Shown piece by piece: positions 20,051-30,349 of a DNA stretch of 64,000 bases. The notes under the pieces were generated by a model, which was not told the origin of the DNA, searched no databases, and saw only the letters and a list, made by a program, of their open reading frames with translations. A program made the translations under genes and the position numbers. Each line of letters begins with the position of its first letter. Within the stretch, counting starts at the first letter, position 1. Source of the stretch: Polyangia bacterium (GTDB lineage Bacteria > Myxococcota_A > Polyangia > JAAYKL01); the NCBI GenBank assembly GCA_050287845.1, contig JBNKCR010000071.1, forward strand, positions 1 through 64,000, in the 5' to 3' direction.

Positions 20051-22423
20051 ATGGGGGTACCTGAAAAAATGTCGTTGGCGCAGGCGATTCCGTTCATGAT
20101 CAGTGCCGGAATACTGTTGCTGACCGGGTTGTTGTGGTGGAACCTGGATCGGGAGCGACAGGTGGAAAACGAGCGGCATGTGCGCATGGCTGCCGACAGA
20201 ATCGCGACGGTGGTTTCTCGGGATTTGAATCAGCGGATACAATCCGTGCAATGGTTTGTCGATTCATGGCAGCAGCGCGGCAAGATGACCGAAACCGAGT
20301 TTCACACACAGATGAGTTCGTTGCTGCGCGTCTATCCCGGGTTTCAGGCGCTGGAGTGGATTGATGCGGATTACCGTGTTCGGTGGGTGAATCCAGTTTC
20401 CGGCAATGAGTCGCCCCTGGACATGAATGGGGAATCAGATCAGCGACGTCGAATTGCGCTGCGGCATGCGCGACGAATGAAAGCGGCGACCATGTCGTTA
20501 GCGGTGAAGCTGGCGCAGGGCGGTACCGGATTCGTTATTTATTTTCCGATTTACATTGATGGGCAATTTTCTGGATTTCTGGCGGCGATGATGAATGTTG
20601 AACGATGGATGGATGGGCTTCTGGAGAACGATTCGGTGGACATGCAGCAGCAGAAGGTTGCCGTTTCAATGGAAATCGATGGCACACCGGTGTATGCCCG
20701 GTGGGACTTCAAAGACGGACCTTTCCAGGATGCCAATCACTTTTACGTTCTGGATCATTTTTTTCTGTTCAAGTGCATGCCCAACGCAGCCGCCGTCCGG
20801 CCGATGGGAGATGCGATCCCCGAAGTGATTGTGGTGGCGGGATTCATGTTGTCGCTGCTCATCGGCCTGGTGTTGTTTATGGTTGTGCGGAATCAGCAGG
20901 AAAAAAATGAGATTTGCAGCGAAAAAATTGCGATGAAACTCGAAGCGGCAGAACGCGAAGTCACGCAGCAGACCATGCGTCAGCAATCTGATATGCAGAA
21001 CATTCTGATGAATATCGCGACCAACTACATCAATGTGTCCATTGACGCGCTGGAATCCTCAATTCATAAAGCGCTTGGAGAAATGGCCCTTTTCGTTGGC
21101 GCCGATCGGGCGTATGTGTTTCGATACAATCTGGCCCAGGGGACAGTGTCGAACACCAATGAATGGTGTCAGTTCGGCATTGAATCACAGAAGGAAGAGC
21201 TGCAGAACATTCCGTTGGAACGGGTTAACCAATGGTTGAAGGCGCATCTGCAGGGACTGCCCATCAAGATTGATGTGGTCGCCGAAATGCCGGAAGGCGG
21301 CGTGCGGGATCTGCTGGAACAACAGGGAATCAAGAGTGTACTTGCGGTGCCGATGATGCACGCCAGGGAACTGCTCGGTTATGTGGGGTTTGACTGGGTG
21401 AAAACAAAACATGTGTTCACCGACAGAGAACTGGATTTGCTGAACCTGTTTTCTGAAATTCTGGTCAACATTCATTTGCGCTCGGAAGCCGACCGACAGC
21501 TGATTGCTAGTCGCAACCGGATGGAGCTGGCGTTGCAGGGAACCAATTCGGGGCTATGGGACTGGCACATCCCCACCGGTGAAGTGGTGTTCAACGCCCG
21601 CTGGGCGGAGATGGTCGGATACACCATCACGGAGCTGGAGCCGACCAGTACCGGCACCTGGGAGCGATTGTGTCATCCGGACGACCTTCGGGAATCCGAT
21701 AAGCGCATTGAATCGCATTTTCAGGGACAATCCGACTTCTACGAATGCGAAACCCGGATGCGACACAAAAATGGCGAGTGGATTTGGGTGCTGGACCGCG
21801 GCAAGGTGGTGGAGTGGGATGAAAACGGAAAGCCGGTTCGAATGACAGGTACCCATCTGGACATCACCGAGCTGAAACGCGCACAGGCGCAGTTGCAACA
21901 TATGGCCACCCACGATGAACTCACCGGTCTGCCAACGCGACGACTGGCTCAGGATCGCGGGCAGATGGCGATACAGCGTTCCACACGAAACCACAACTAC
22001 ACGGCATTTCTGTTCCTTGATTTGGATGGATTTAAGTTGATCAATGACAATTATGGCCATGAAGTGGGGGACAGAATGCTGAAGGAAGTGGCCCGACGGC
22101 TGCTCGCTTCGGTTCGCAGAAGTGATACGGTTGCCCGGATTGGCGGCGACGAATTTCTGATGATCCTGGACGCCTGTCAGGGGCAGTCCGACGCCAAACG
22201 AATCGCCAGGGCAGCCATTGAGTCCGTCACGAGGCCGGTCCAATTTGACAACTATCCCCGAATGAAAATCGGATGCAGTGTAGGCATATCCATATTCCCG
22301 AACGACGGCGACGATTTAGAGCAGCTTCTTCAGCGCGCGGATTTTGCCATGTATCGCGTCAAGGGCACGGGTAAGAATCATTATGAATTCGCAGGACCCG
22401 TGCACGCCACCCCCACCGCCTGA
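20051..22423 (+). CDS. Membrane diguanylate cyclase, CHASE-GAF-PAS/PAC-GGDEF
   Basis: Two TMs flanking a CHASE-like region (YPGFQALEWID, LAQGGTGF); GAF (ADRAYVF, SNTNEWC); PAS (GLWDW, HPDD); RRSD-x5-GGDEF. Start uncertain (20051 or 20069; track gives 19943). Confidence 0.9.
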   Translation: MGVPEKMSLAQAIPFMISAGILLLTGLLWWNLDRERQVENERHVRMAADRIATVVSRDLNQRIQSVQWFVDSWQQRGKMTETEFHTQMSSLLRVYPGFQALEWIDADYRVRWVNPVSGNESPLDMNGESDQRRRIALRHARRMKAATMSLAVKLAQGGTGFVIYFPIYIDGQFSGFLAAMMNVERWMDGLLENDSVDMQQQKVAVSMEIDGTPVYARWDFKDGPFQDANHFYVLDHFFLFKCMPNAAAVRPMGDAIPEVIVVAGFMLSLLIGLVLFMVVRNQQEKNEICSEKIAMKLEAAEREVTQQTMRQQSDMQNILMNIATNYINVSIDALESSIHKALGEMALFVGADRAYVFRYNLAQGTVSNTNEWCQFGIESQKEELQNIPLERVNQWLKAHLQGLPIKIDVVAEMPEGGVRDLLEQQGIKSVLAVPMMHARELLGYVGFDWVKTKHVFTDRELDLLNLFSEILVNIHLRSEADRQLIASRNRMELALQGTNSGLWDWHIPTGEVVFNARWAEMVGYTITELEPTSTGTWERLCHPDDLRESDKRIESHFQGQSDFYECETRMRHKNGEWIWVLDRGKVVEWDENGKPVRMTGTHLDITELKRAQAQLQHMATHDELTGLPTRRLAQDRGQMAIQRSTRNHNYTAFLFLDLDGFKLINDNYGHEVGDRMLKEVARRLLASVRRSDTVARIGGDEFLMILDACQGQSDAKRIARAAIESVTRPVQFDNYPRMKIGCSVGISIFPNDGDDLEQLLQRADFAMYRVKGTGKNHYEFAGPVHATPTA

Positions 22424-22507
22424 CATCATCATATTGCGAGAGCGAGTCGAACCGTGTACACTGCTGGAGTTTCGGTTGGGGCCCCAAAATATATTCGGAG
22501 GAAGAAG

Positions 22508-23713
22508 ATGAAAAGTTATTTTAAACAGTATCCTGATTACGATGGTTTTTTTGGCAAATACGGCGGCAGTTTTCTGCCACCTGATTTGCAGATTGAAGTG
22601 GATAAAATTACGGATGCATACTTTACCATCAGCAAATCTCACAATTTCATTTCGGAACTGCGGAGCATTCGGAAACACTTTCAGGGGCGACCCACACCGG
22701 TATACTACTGCAATAAACTAAGTGAAATGACCGGCGGGCGCATTTATCTGAAACGGGAGGACCTCAACCATACTGGCGCGCACAAATTGAATCACTGCAT
22801 GGGGGAGGCGCTGCTGGCAAAATATATGGGCAAAAAGAGACTTATTGCCGAAACCGGTGCTGGACAGCATGGGGTGGCGCTGGCCACTGCGGCGGCGTAC
22901 TTCGGCCTGGAATGTGAAATTCATATGGGAGAAGTCGACATTGAAAAGGAACATCCCAACGTTGTACGAATGAAAATTCTGGGCGCCGAAGTGGTGCCGG
23001 TGAGTCATGGACTGAAAACCCTCAAAGAGGCTGTGGACTCCGCATTCGACTCCTATCTGAAAGATCCGGTGACCACCATTTATTGTATTGGTTCGGTGGT
23101 GGGTCCACATCCATTTCCCATGATGGTCCGCGATTTTCAGCGCGTTGTGGGAATCGAAGCCAGGGAGCAGTATCTGGAGATGACCGGGGAGTTGCCGGAC
23201 AATGTGGTGGCCTGTGTTGGCGGCGGCAGCAACGCCGCAGGTATTTTTTCGGCTTTTCTGGAAGAGAAGGATTGTACACTGTGGGGTGTGGAACCCGGTG
23301 GGGTGGGCGAAAACATAGGGGATCATGCAGCTACCATGACCTACGGGGTGCGGGACGGTCTCATTCATGGATTCAAATGTTACAATCTGCAGAATGACGA
23401 AGGAGAGCCGTTGCCGGTATATTCGGTGGCAAGCGGTCTGGATTATCCGGGCGTGGGACCGGAACACTGCATGTTGAAGGACACCGAAAAAGTGAATTAT
23501 GTGATTGCGAACGACAGGGAAGCAATTGATGCCTTTTATACCCTCAGTCGAAAAGAAGGAATTATTCCCGCCCTTGAAAGCGCCCATGCGGTGGCCTATG
23601 CACTGAAGTTGGCAAAAGACAACCCCCGCCAGTCAATACTGGTGAATCTGAGCGGACGCGGCGATAAAGACATCGATTTCGTAGTCGACAAATACGGCCT
23701 GCCTGAGGATTGA
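22508..23713 (+). CDS. trpB: Tryptophan synthase beta subunit (no adjacent trpA)
   Basis: [37 protein letters not shown] and NLSGRGDKD motifs; ATG 22508 follows GGAGG. Confidence 0.96.
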   Translation: MKSYFKQYPDYDGFFGKYGGSFLPPDLQIEVDKITDAYFTISKSHNFISELRSIRKHFQGRPTPVYYCNKLSEMTGGRIYLKREDLNHTGAHKLNHCMGEALLAKYMGKKRLIAETGAGQHGVALATAAAYFGLECEIHMGEVDIEKEHPNVVRMKILGAEVVPVSHGLKTLKEAVDSAFDSYLKDPVTTIYCIGSVVGPHPFPMMVRDFQRVVGIEAREQYLEMTGELPDNVVACVGGGSNAAGIFSAFLEEKDCTLWGVEPGGVGENIGDHAATMTYGVRDGLIHGFKCYNLQNDEGEPLPVYSVASGLDYPGVGPEHCMLKDTEKVNYVIANDREAIDAFYTLSRKEGIIPALESAHAVAYALKLAKDNPRQSILVNLSGRGDKDIDFVVDKYGLPED

Positions 23714-23875
23714 AATCCATTTTTACAGTGTATTTTCAGTGTTGGCTGAAAGTATGCGCCTTATGAATTAATTATTTGGGTTTACCGAATCGGTTTCGTT
23801 GAGCTATTTCAATCTGTCATCGCACTCTGTAACGTGTACGTAAACGAAACATAAATAGCCCAATGGAGTAAGAAA

Positions 23876-25273
23876 ATGATACAAAAACTAATTTTATGTT
23901 TAATGGCCAGTTGGGTACTGATATCCTGCGGCACGGAAGAATCGAGCGATCCGTCGGATAGCAATTCCAGCGATAGTGACACGGATACCGATACCGATAC
24001 CGATACCGATTCGGATACGGATTCCGATACCGATTCGGACACCGACAGCGACACGGATACCGATTCGGACACCGACACCGACACCGACACGGATACCGAC
24101 ACGGATACCGATACGGATACGGATTCCGATTCGGATGCCTGCCAGTATGATTGCGTTCCTCACTGTGTTTCATGGGGTGGAGAAACGATGGATGGCACCT
24201 GTGACGACGGCTTGAAATGCTGCGACGGATATACGGCCCCGGATGGGGATACCGATACGGATACCGACACGGATACGGACACCGATACGGACACGGATAC
24301 CGACACGGATACGGACACCGATACGGACACCGATACGGACACCGATACGGACACCGATACGGACACCGATACGGACACCGGACCCTCATGCGGTATGCCC
24401 GCGTCGTTCCAGTGGACAGACTATGGCAGCCCGCTGGCACAGCCGAAAAATGGTTGGGTATCTCTCAAGGATTTCAGCACCTGCGGATACAATGACCAGA
24501 TTCTGGTTTATTCCACCTATCACGATGGTTCCAAGTATCACTCCCAGATGATGGTGTTCGATGACTGGTCGGGTATGGGTAGCGCAGCGCAGAATGATCT
24601 GCCTTTTGATTCCGTTGCACCAACCATTACTTATTTCGCCCCGAAGGATATCTGGATTCTGGCGTATCAGTGGTGTTCCGCGAAATTTTGTTATCGGACC
24701 TCGACTGATCCCACTAATCCGAATTCGTGGGGAAATGAGCAATCCCTGTTGCAGGAAGATATTACCAATGCCCAGTATGGTCCCATCGATCAGGAAATCA
24801 TCTGCGACGATGACACCTGCTATCTTTTCTACAACGCCGACAACGGACATGTGTATCGTGCATCGATGCCCATCGGTAATTTCCCGGGCAATTTCAGCGG
24901 TTCGAAGGATATTCTGAACAACAATGCTTATTTTGAAGCGATGCAGGTATATACGGTGAAGGGAACCGGCAAATACCTCATGATTATTGAAAACAATGGA
25001 AACCCCCGCGCCTTTTCGTATCTGACATCCGACAGTCTGGGCGGCAACTGGACACCGGGAGGAAATTTCGCTTCTAAAGCCAATTCCACTTTCAGCGATA
25101 ACTGGACCTCCGACATCAGCCATGGTGACATTTTCCGGGAAAATCCCGACCAGACGCATACCATTGATCCATGCCATCTGGAGCTGCTCTACCAGGGCCG
25201 CGACCCGAACGCGAATTCCAGCTACGACACGCGCCCCTATCGTCCGGGCCTGCTCACCATGACCCAGAACTGA
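23876..25273 (+). CDS. Lipoprotein: (DT)n stalks plus GH62 alpha-L-arabinofuranosidase
   Basis: Lipobox LISC; GH62 motifs SLKDF, APTITYFAPKDIWILAYQW, GPID, FEAMQVY, ISHG, PYRPGLLT. Confidence 0.9.
   Translation: MIQKLILCLMASWVLISCGTEESSDPSDSNSSDSDTDTDTDTDTDSDTDSDTDSDTDSDTDTDSDTDTDTDTDTDTDTDTDTDSDSDACQYDCVPHCVSWGGETMDGTCDDGLKCCDGYTAPDGDTDTDTDTDTDTDTDTDTDTDTDTDTDTDTDTDTDTDTDTDTDTGPSCGMPASFQWTDYGSPLAQPKNGWVSLKDFSTCGYNDQILVYSTYHDGSKYHSQMMVFDDWSGMGSAAQNDLPFDSVAPTITYFAPKDIWILAYQWCSAKFCYRTSTDPTNPNSWGNEQSLLQEDITNAQYGPIDQEIICDDDTCYLFYNADNGHVYRASMPIGNFPGNFSGSKDILNNNAYFEAMQVYTVKGTGKYLMIIENNGNPRAFSYLTSDSLGGNWTPGGNFASKANSTFSDNWTSDISHGDIFRENPDQTHTIDPCHLELLYQGRDPNANSSYDTRPYRPGLLTMTQN
23972..24136 (+). repeat. 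Coding (Asp-Thr/Ser)n hexamer repeat 1 in the GH62 lipoprotein
   Basis: GAY-ACN/TCN iterations. Confidence 0.95.
24248..24379 (+). repeat. Coding (Asp-Thr)n repeat 2 in the GH62 lipoprotein
   Basis: GATACG/GACACC iterations. Confidence 0.95.
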
Positions 25274-25317
25274 ATGCTCCCCCTGTCCCGGTCCGGGGTA
25301 TGGAATGGCCTGTTTTC

Positions 25318-27576
25318 TTAATCCACCAGTTCAATCTCGAGATAGGCCACAAATGTGTACGAGTAGTCGTCAATGGCTTCAGAGCGACCGGCTGCCACCA
25401 TGGAGAGGCCGCCGTCGGTGATTTCCATGGTGACGCTTCGCTCGATGAGGGTCCGGTCTGCGGTGGTGGGTTCATCGTCCACCACGTCCACCCCCTCGAT
25501 GGACACGTTGTGAGGTTGACCTTCGTAGGCGCGTCCCGCCATGCCCACCCCCACGGTGATGGTATAGGTGCCGGGGGATAAATCAAATTCGAACAGATTG
25601 TCCCGGCCGTAGTCGTCGTAAATGTACGAACGTTGAACATCATTGAAGCCATCTGCGATGGCGTATCCGGTGAGCAGAATGCCGTCGTTCCCCATGTATT
25701 CGCCGCTCCAGCCATACCCCAGGTTGGCATCGTACGGGTCCCATCCAATTTTCATGTACTCTTTACCATCCACCACCAGGGGAGTGGCGGTCGGTTCGCC
25801 CAGGGGATCCTGAAAATTGATGTAGTAGTTGCCGGCTGGTCGGGAGGACTGAACCTCGAGAACCGGCAGGGTGTCGGTGCTGCCCTCGATATACCGTCCC
25901 AGCTGACGACGGACGGCCATCAGTGCATCGACATCTTTGGTCCAGCTTACCATGGATGCAGCTACGGAGCTGACCGTGGCATCCAGCGGTACCGACGTGT
26001 TCACCCGGGGATGTGCACCTCCGTTGGCGAGCCAGAGATACTCATAGTCTTCAAATCCTTCCCGGAGCAACTCCGCCCGAACACCGGGATTACCATGGTC
26101 ATCGAAGAAGCGTCCGGCATCGTAGTACGCCCATCCGGTGATGCGATGACTGAATGCCGCCCATGGAATGATGCGCTGATTCATCCCCTGGTTGTCCACT
26201 CTGGTGGGATTGAAATACGGTTCCGGGTCCTGGTCCAGCGAATAGAACCACACCTGCTCTCCATGGGCTGCCTGACGCTGCCATGCGTAATCCTGTTTGT
26301 ACGCCCGCACATGCGCTATCCAGATATCGTAGCCGCAATCACCGTTTGAATCTTCGGCGATGGAGGGTTTGGGTTCCTCACTCACCGCGATTCGCAGGTG
26401 GGGCGCCGCGGCTCTGGTCAGCCTGCAGAGATGGGCGGCAAGGGATTCGTCCTCGGGGTTCTGGGGCTCATTCTGCACATAGTAGTACGCCCTGTTATCC
26501 ATGCCGTGGTCAACAATGTAGTTGTCCAGCGCGTTCAGCCAGTCAGACCACTCTGCATTGTACGCAGCGGTGCCATAGTGATCGCCGCGAGATACACCGC
26601 AGAATGTGTCCGGACGCGGCGTGCTGTTGTCAACGAATTGAAAAAGCATGGCATTGGGAAATCCGATGCCGTTCCAGCCCTCGCCCAGAATGTACTTCCG
26701 GGAGAGGGTACCAATGGAATACGCAGCGTCTTCATCGGGCTCATCGTAGAACTGGCTGCATGGGGATGGTGCGCGGCTGTTCTCCCAGGTGATACCCCAG
26801 TTGAATCCGCTCGGCCAGGCAACACTTTTGGGGGTCATCCGATGTTGGAAGAGCATGGTTTTCACCCCCGGCTCGGTTCGGGTTTCCATGAGGGATTGGA
26901 TGCTGATGTTCATCTGAGTGGCGAAATGGATTTCATCCGGCAGGTCAAAATCAAACACATATAAATGCAGCGGCACGTCGATTGATGTGCTGTTGCGCGT
27001 AACGGTGATGATGCCTTCATGGGCTCCGGGGGATGCGCCTTTGGGAACATATGCGGTCAGCCACACCGGCACAGGAGTCTGGATATTGAGGGAAACTTCA
27101 CTGCCATTTTCCACGGGACGGAGCCTTTCCACCCACCCGGAGTCATATTCGGCAACGGCCAGCTGTATCTCCAGATTGGTCAGGTTGCTGAAACCGGACA
27201 CCGATATCCCGGCGGCGCCAGCTACCGGGCCGAGAATCAGCTGTACGGATTCAAACTCGTTTCCGGCGGCGCTCAGGGAAATACCGGATTGGGTTGCCTC
27301 CGGCGGTCTGGCGCCCTCGGTCAACTTATTCGTCACCGGCGTAGTCCATATGGGAAAATCAGATGGGGACTCGCTCAACAGATACGTGAATTCGCCCGAA
27401 GCCACCTGTGTGGGGGTGTCGGGGGTCTGATTGGCGGTGTCGTCCGTGCCGTTCTCGCCAGGGGCTTCGGACGTCCCGCTTTCCTTGTCGCCGCATCCCG
27501 GGATGAACATCAGTAATATCAGAATCAGGGGGGGCAAAAACTGAAAAATCGTGCCGCAATTTGGTTCACCTGTCAT
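25318..27576 (-). CDS. Lipoprotein with DUF4091 / GH123-like catalytic region and C-terminal beta-sandwich (CBM/malectin-like) domain
   Basis: Lipobox FIPGC; AAGNEFESVQL, PVWLTAYVP, VFDFDLP, NEP, RAELLREGFEDYEYL; C-terminal YGW...FEFDLSPGTYTITV. Confidence 0.78.
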   Translation of the reverse strand: MTGEPNCGTIFQFLPPLILILLMFIPGCGDKESGTSEAPGENGTDDTANQTPDTPTQVASGEFTYLLSESPSDFPIWTTPVTNKLTEGARPPEATQSGISLSAAGNEFESVQLILGPVAGAAGISVSGFSNLTNLEIQLAVAEYDSGWVERLRPVENGSEVSLNIQTPVPVWLTAYVPKGASPGAHEGIITVTRNSTSIDVPLHLYVFDFDLPDEIHFATQMNISIQSLMETRTEPGVKTMLFQHRMTPKSVAWPSGFNWGITWENSRAPSPCSQFYDEPDEDAAYSIGTLSRKYILGEGWNGIGFPNAMLFQFVDNSTPRPDTFCGVSRGDHYGTAAYNAEWSDWLNALDNYIVDHGMDNRAYYYVQNEPQNPEDESLAAHLCRLTRAAAPHLRIAVSEEPKPSIAEDSNGDCGYDIWIAHVRAYKQDYAWQRQAAHGEQVWFYSLDQDPEPYFNPTRVDNQGMNQRIIPWAAFSHRITGWAYYDAGRFFDDHGNPGVRAELLREGFEDYEYLWLANGGAHPRVNTSVPLDATVSSVAASMVSWTKDVDALMAVRRQLGRYIEGSTDTLPVLEVQSSRPAGNYYINFQDPLGEPTATPLVVDGKEYMKIGWDPYDANLGYGWSGEYMGNDGILLTGYAIADGFNDVQRSYIYDDYGRDNLFEFDLSPGTYTITVGVGMAGRAYEGQPHNVSIEGVDVVDDEPTTADRTLIERSVTMEITDGGLSMVAAGRSEAIDDYSYTFVAYLEIELVD

Positions 27577-27754
27577 TTTTTCCTCCGATGTATTCCATTA
27601 TGTCCGCAGACTTTCAAGGGCACAAGAAAAGGTGAGCGAAAAACATGAAGGATATCGATTACAGTCATGGCGGATTTGGAATCTGCTTTGTTCAGCGTGC
27701 CGAATGCGTTAGAGTTAAACGAAACCGTGCTTGCGTTATTAGCTTAGGAGGAAA

Positions 27755-29893
27755 ATGATGACACTTGGCCAACGGCATATTCCTGCGTTGATTTCATTTC
27801 TGACATGTCTTTCTGTTTTCGGATGTGGAGATAACTCACTACCTCAACTGGCTGGTTGCGTGGGCGCGGCGGATTGCCCGGATGTAGAATCCGATGCGGA
27901 TTCGGACAGTGACTCCGATTCGGACGGGGACAGTGACAGTGACAGTGATTCAGACGGCGACAGCGACAGTGACTCGGATGGGGACAGTGACAGTGATTCC
28001 GATGGCGACAGTGATTCAGATGGAGACAGTGACAGCGATTCCGACAGCGACAGTGACTCAGATGGGGACAGTGACAGCGATTCCGATGGGGACAGTGATT
28101 CCGATTCGGACTCTGATACGGAAGAGGAAGTGGAACCCCTCGAAATTCGGGAGTGCGGCGCGCTCGAAAATGGCTCGGGCGGAGGAAATCTGACATTTCG
28201 GATGAATCACCTGGGCTTTGATGCGGATGGCGGAAAATCCATTGTCATTGAAGGGTCGGACTCCCTGAGCACGTTCCAGATTGTGAACGGCAGCGATACC
28301 GTGGTGGCCTGCGGTGACCTCGAGAAACAATCCTTCAACGAATGGGGCGGCAGCACCTATTATGTGGCCGAGTTCAGTTATCTCCAGGAGCCCGGCACAT
28401 ATCGGATTCTCGCTGGCGGCCAGTTTTCTGACAGTTTTGAAATCGATGATGACTTATTGTTTAAAAAGACAATCTCTGACGTGATCGGATACTTCAACCA
28501 GTCCAGAGCCGACAACGGTGACGTGATGTCTGCAGACAGCAACGTGCCCAAATATGGTGGAGGCGGCAATGTGGACGTCCACGGCGGCTGGTATGATGCC
28601 TCGGGGGATATTTCCAAGTATCTCTCTCACCTCAGCTACGCCAATTTTGTCAATCCCCAGCAGATTCCCCTGGTTGCGTGGGCCATGGCCTATGCATACG
28701 ACGAAGCCGGAGATGCGCTGGACAGCAAAGGCGAACGCAATGCGGCCCTGAGCGAAGCCAAATGGGGGGCGGATTATCTGGTACGGGTGTTGGATCCTGC
28801 TGGATTCTTCTATATTAATGTATTTGATGGATGGACCGGTAAACTGGATCAACGGGAAGTCTGCTCGTTCACCGGCGAAACCGGTGATAAAAGTGCCGAT
28901 TATCAGGCGGCGTTTCGCGAGGGGGGCGGTATGTCCATTGCGGCGCTGGCACGCGTTTCCACATTCAACAGCGATGGCGATTTCAGTTCGGCGGACTATC
29001 TGAATGCTGCCCAAAAAGGGTTCGAACATCTGGAAGCCAATGGGGCGAAATACTGCGACGACGGAAAGGAAAACGTTATCGACGACTACACCGCGCTGTT
29101 GGCCGCAACTGAATTGTACGCAGCGACAAACGATGACGGATATCTGGATGCCGCCCGCAAGCGCGCAGACAACCTGGCCGGTCGGCTGCACTCCGATGGA
29201 TATTTCATTGCCGACAGTGGCAGTCGCCCCTTCTGGCATGCCTCTGACGCCGGGTTGCCGGTGGTGGCCCTGGCCCGATATGTGGAACTGGAAACCGATG
29301 CTGGAAAAAGAGACGATGCCCGGGATACGATTGCCAGACATCTGGCCTATCTGCTGGAGGTGACCTCAAACACCGCGAATCCCTTTGGATATGCCCGGCA
29401 GACATTCAATTCCGGTGGTCGGGTCCAGGACGGCTTCTTTATTCCCCACGACAATGAAACCGGATACTGGTGGCAGGGTGAGAGCGCCCGGTTGTCGTCC
29501 CTGGCGGCGGCGCTGGTGATTGGCGAACGGGCCATCGGTAAACAGGGACATTATCACGGTACCATCCACGATGCGGCAGTGTATTCCGCCAATCAGCTGG
29601 ACTGGGTTCTGGGTAAAAATCCCTATGATATCTGTTTCATGCACGGATACGGCCGGAACAATCCGCCGGCGTACGGGGGGGAAAAGGTAGAGTTTGGCCA
29701 CATGGCGTACAGTGGCGGGATTTCGAATGGCATCACCGGAAGTGAAAGCAACGGTTCCGGCATCCTGTGGGCGCCTGATCCGGGCATGGATGAATGGGGA
29801 GACCCGATGTGGTGGCTGCAGTGGCGCTGGGTGGAGCAGTGGCTCCCCCACAGCTCATGGTATCTCATTGCCACCGCCGCCATGACCAGATAG
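27755..29893 (+). CDS. Lipoprotein: (SD)n stalk plus GH9 glycoside hydrolase (exo-beta-glucosaminidase-like subgroup)
   Basis: Lipobox [64 protein letters not shown]. Confidence 0.88.
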   Translation: MMTLGQRHIPALISFLTCLSVFGCGDNSLPQLAGCVGAADCPDVESDADSDSDSDSDGDSDSDSDSDGDSDSDSDGDSDSDSDGDSDSDGDSDSDSDSDSDSDGDSDSDSDGDSDSDSDSDTEEEVEPLEIRECGALENGSGGGNLTFRMNHLGFDADGGKSIVIEGSDSLSTFQIVNGSDTVVACGDLEKQSFNEWGGSTYYVAEFSYLQEPGTYRILAGGQFSDSFEIDDDLLFKKTISDVIGYFNQSRADNGDVMSADSNVPKYGGGGNVDVHGGWYDASGDISKYLSHLSYANFVNPQQIPLVAWAMAYAYDEAGDALDSKGERNAALSEAKWGADYLVRVLDPAGFFYINVFDGWTGKLDQREVCSFTGETGDKSADYQAAFREGGGMSIAALARVSTFNSDGDFSSADYLNAAQKGFEHLEANGAKYCDDGKENVIDDYTALLAATELYAATNDDGYLDAARKRADNLAGRLHSDGYFIADSGSRPFWHASDAGLPVVALARYVELETDAGKRDDARDTIARHLAYLLEVTSNTANPFGYARQTFNSGGRVQDGFFIPHDNETGYWWQGESARLSSLAAALVIGERAIGKQGHYHGTIHDAAVYSANQLDWVLGKNPYDICFMHGYGRNNPPAYGGEKVEFGHMAYSGGISNGITGSESNGSGILWAPDPGMDEWGDPMWWLQWRWVEQWLPHSSWYLIATAAMTR
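27890..28120 (+). repeat. Coding (Ser-Asp)n / DGDS repeat in the GH9 lipoprotein
   Basis: GACAGT/GATTCN iterations. Confidence 0.95.
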
Positions 29894-29907
29894 GTCCCGG
29901 CGATCAG

Positions 29908-30117
29908 TTACTGGAGTTCGTCCATTTTGTGATGATCCATTTTTCCCACAACATTGCCGTTTTCGTCAAAAACGAAAACCAGTTCTTCACTGAGGTGCAT
30001 GGGTTCGGGTACCCGTGCCGGTCCATCCGCTTTCAGCATCTCCGGTTCATCCGGGGTGATGCTGATTGAATTGCCTTTTGATATAACAACAATTTTGTTG
30101 GTGATGACTTTTCCCAT
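29908..30117 (-). CDS. Small hypothetical protein (69 aa)
   Basis: ATG 30117 preceded by GGAGAGGGG; fills the intergenic gap; protein-like composition. Confidence 0.55.
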   Translation of the reverse strand: MGKVITNKIVVISKGNSISITPDEPEMLKADGPARVPEPMHLSEELVFVFDENGNVVGKMDHHKMDELQ

Positions 30118-30349
30118 TGAAGCCCCCTCTCCGGACATTAATCGGCGAGCTGCGGATATACTTTAGCCGGGTTGTGGCGGTAAATGCCATCACGGTCATT
30201 TTTTTTGGAGTATCGTTATCAGAGCGATCATGGTATGGTCCGGCCCAGATTGTGCAGGACAATTCCTGTTTCACACATACATTTGCAGGTGACGAGAATC
30301 CATCGATGAACCATTCAATGGGCTCTCTTCCTGATTTCTGGAGAGCGAC

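Noticed and set aside
23809..24551. (VS)n, (IR/IP)n, (YRCP)n and (YGHR)n ORFs
   Set aside because: Alternate-frame readings of the (DT)n coding repeats; the same applies to 27744-28330.
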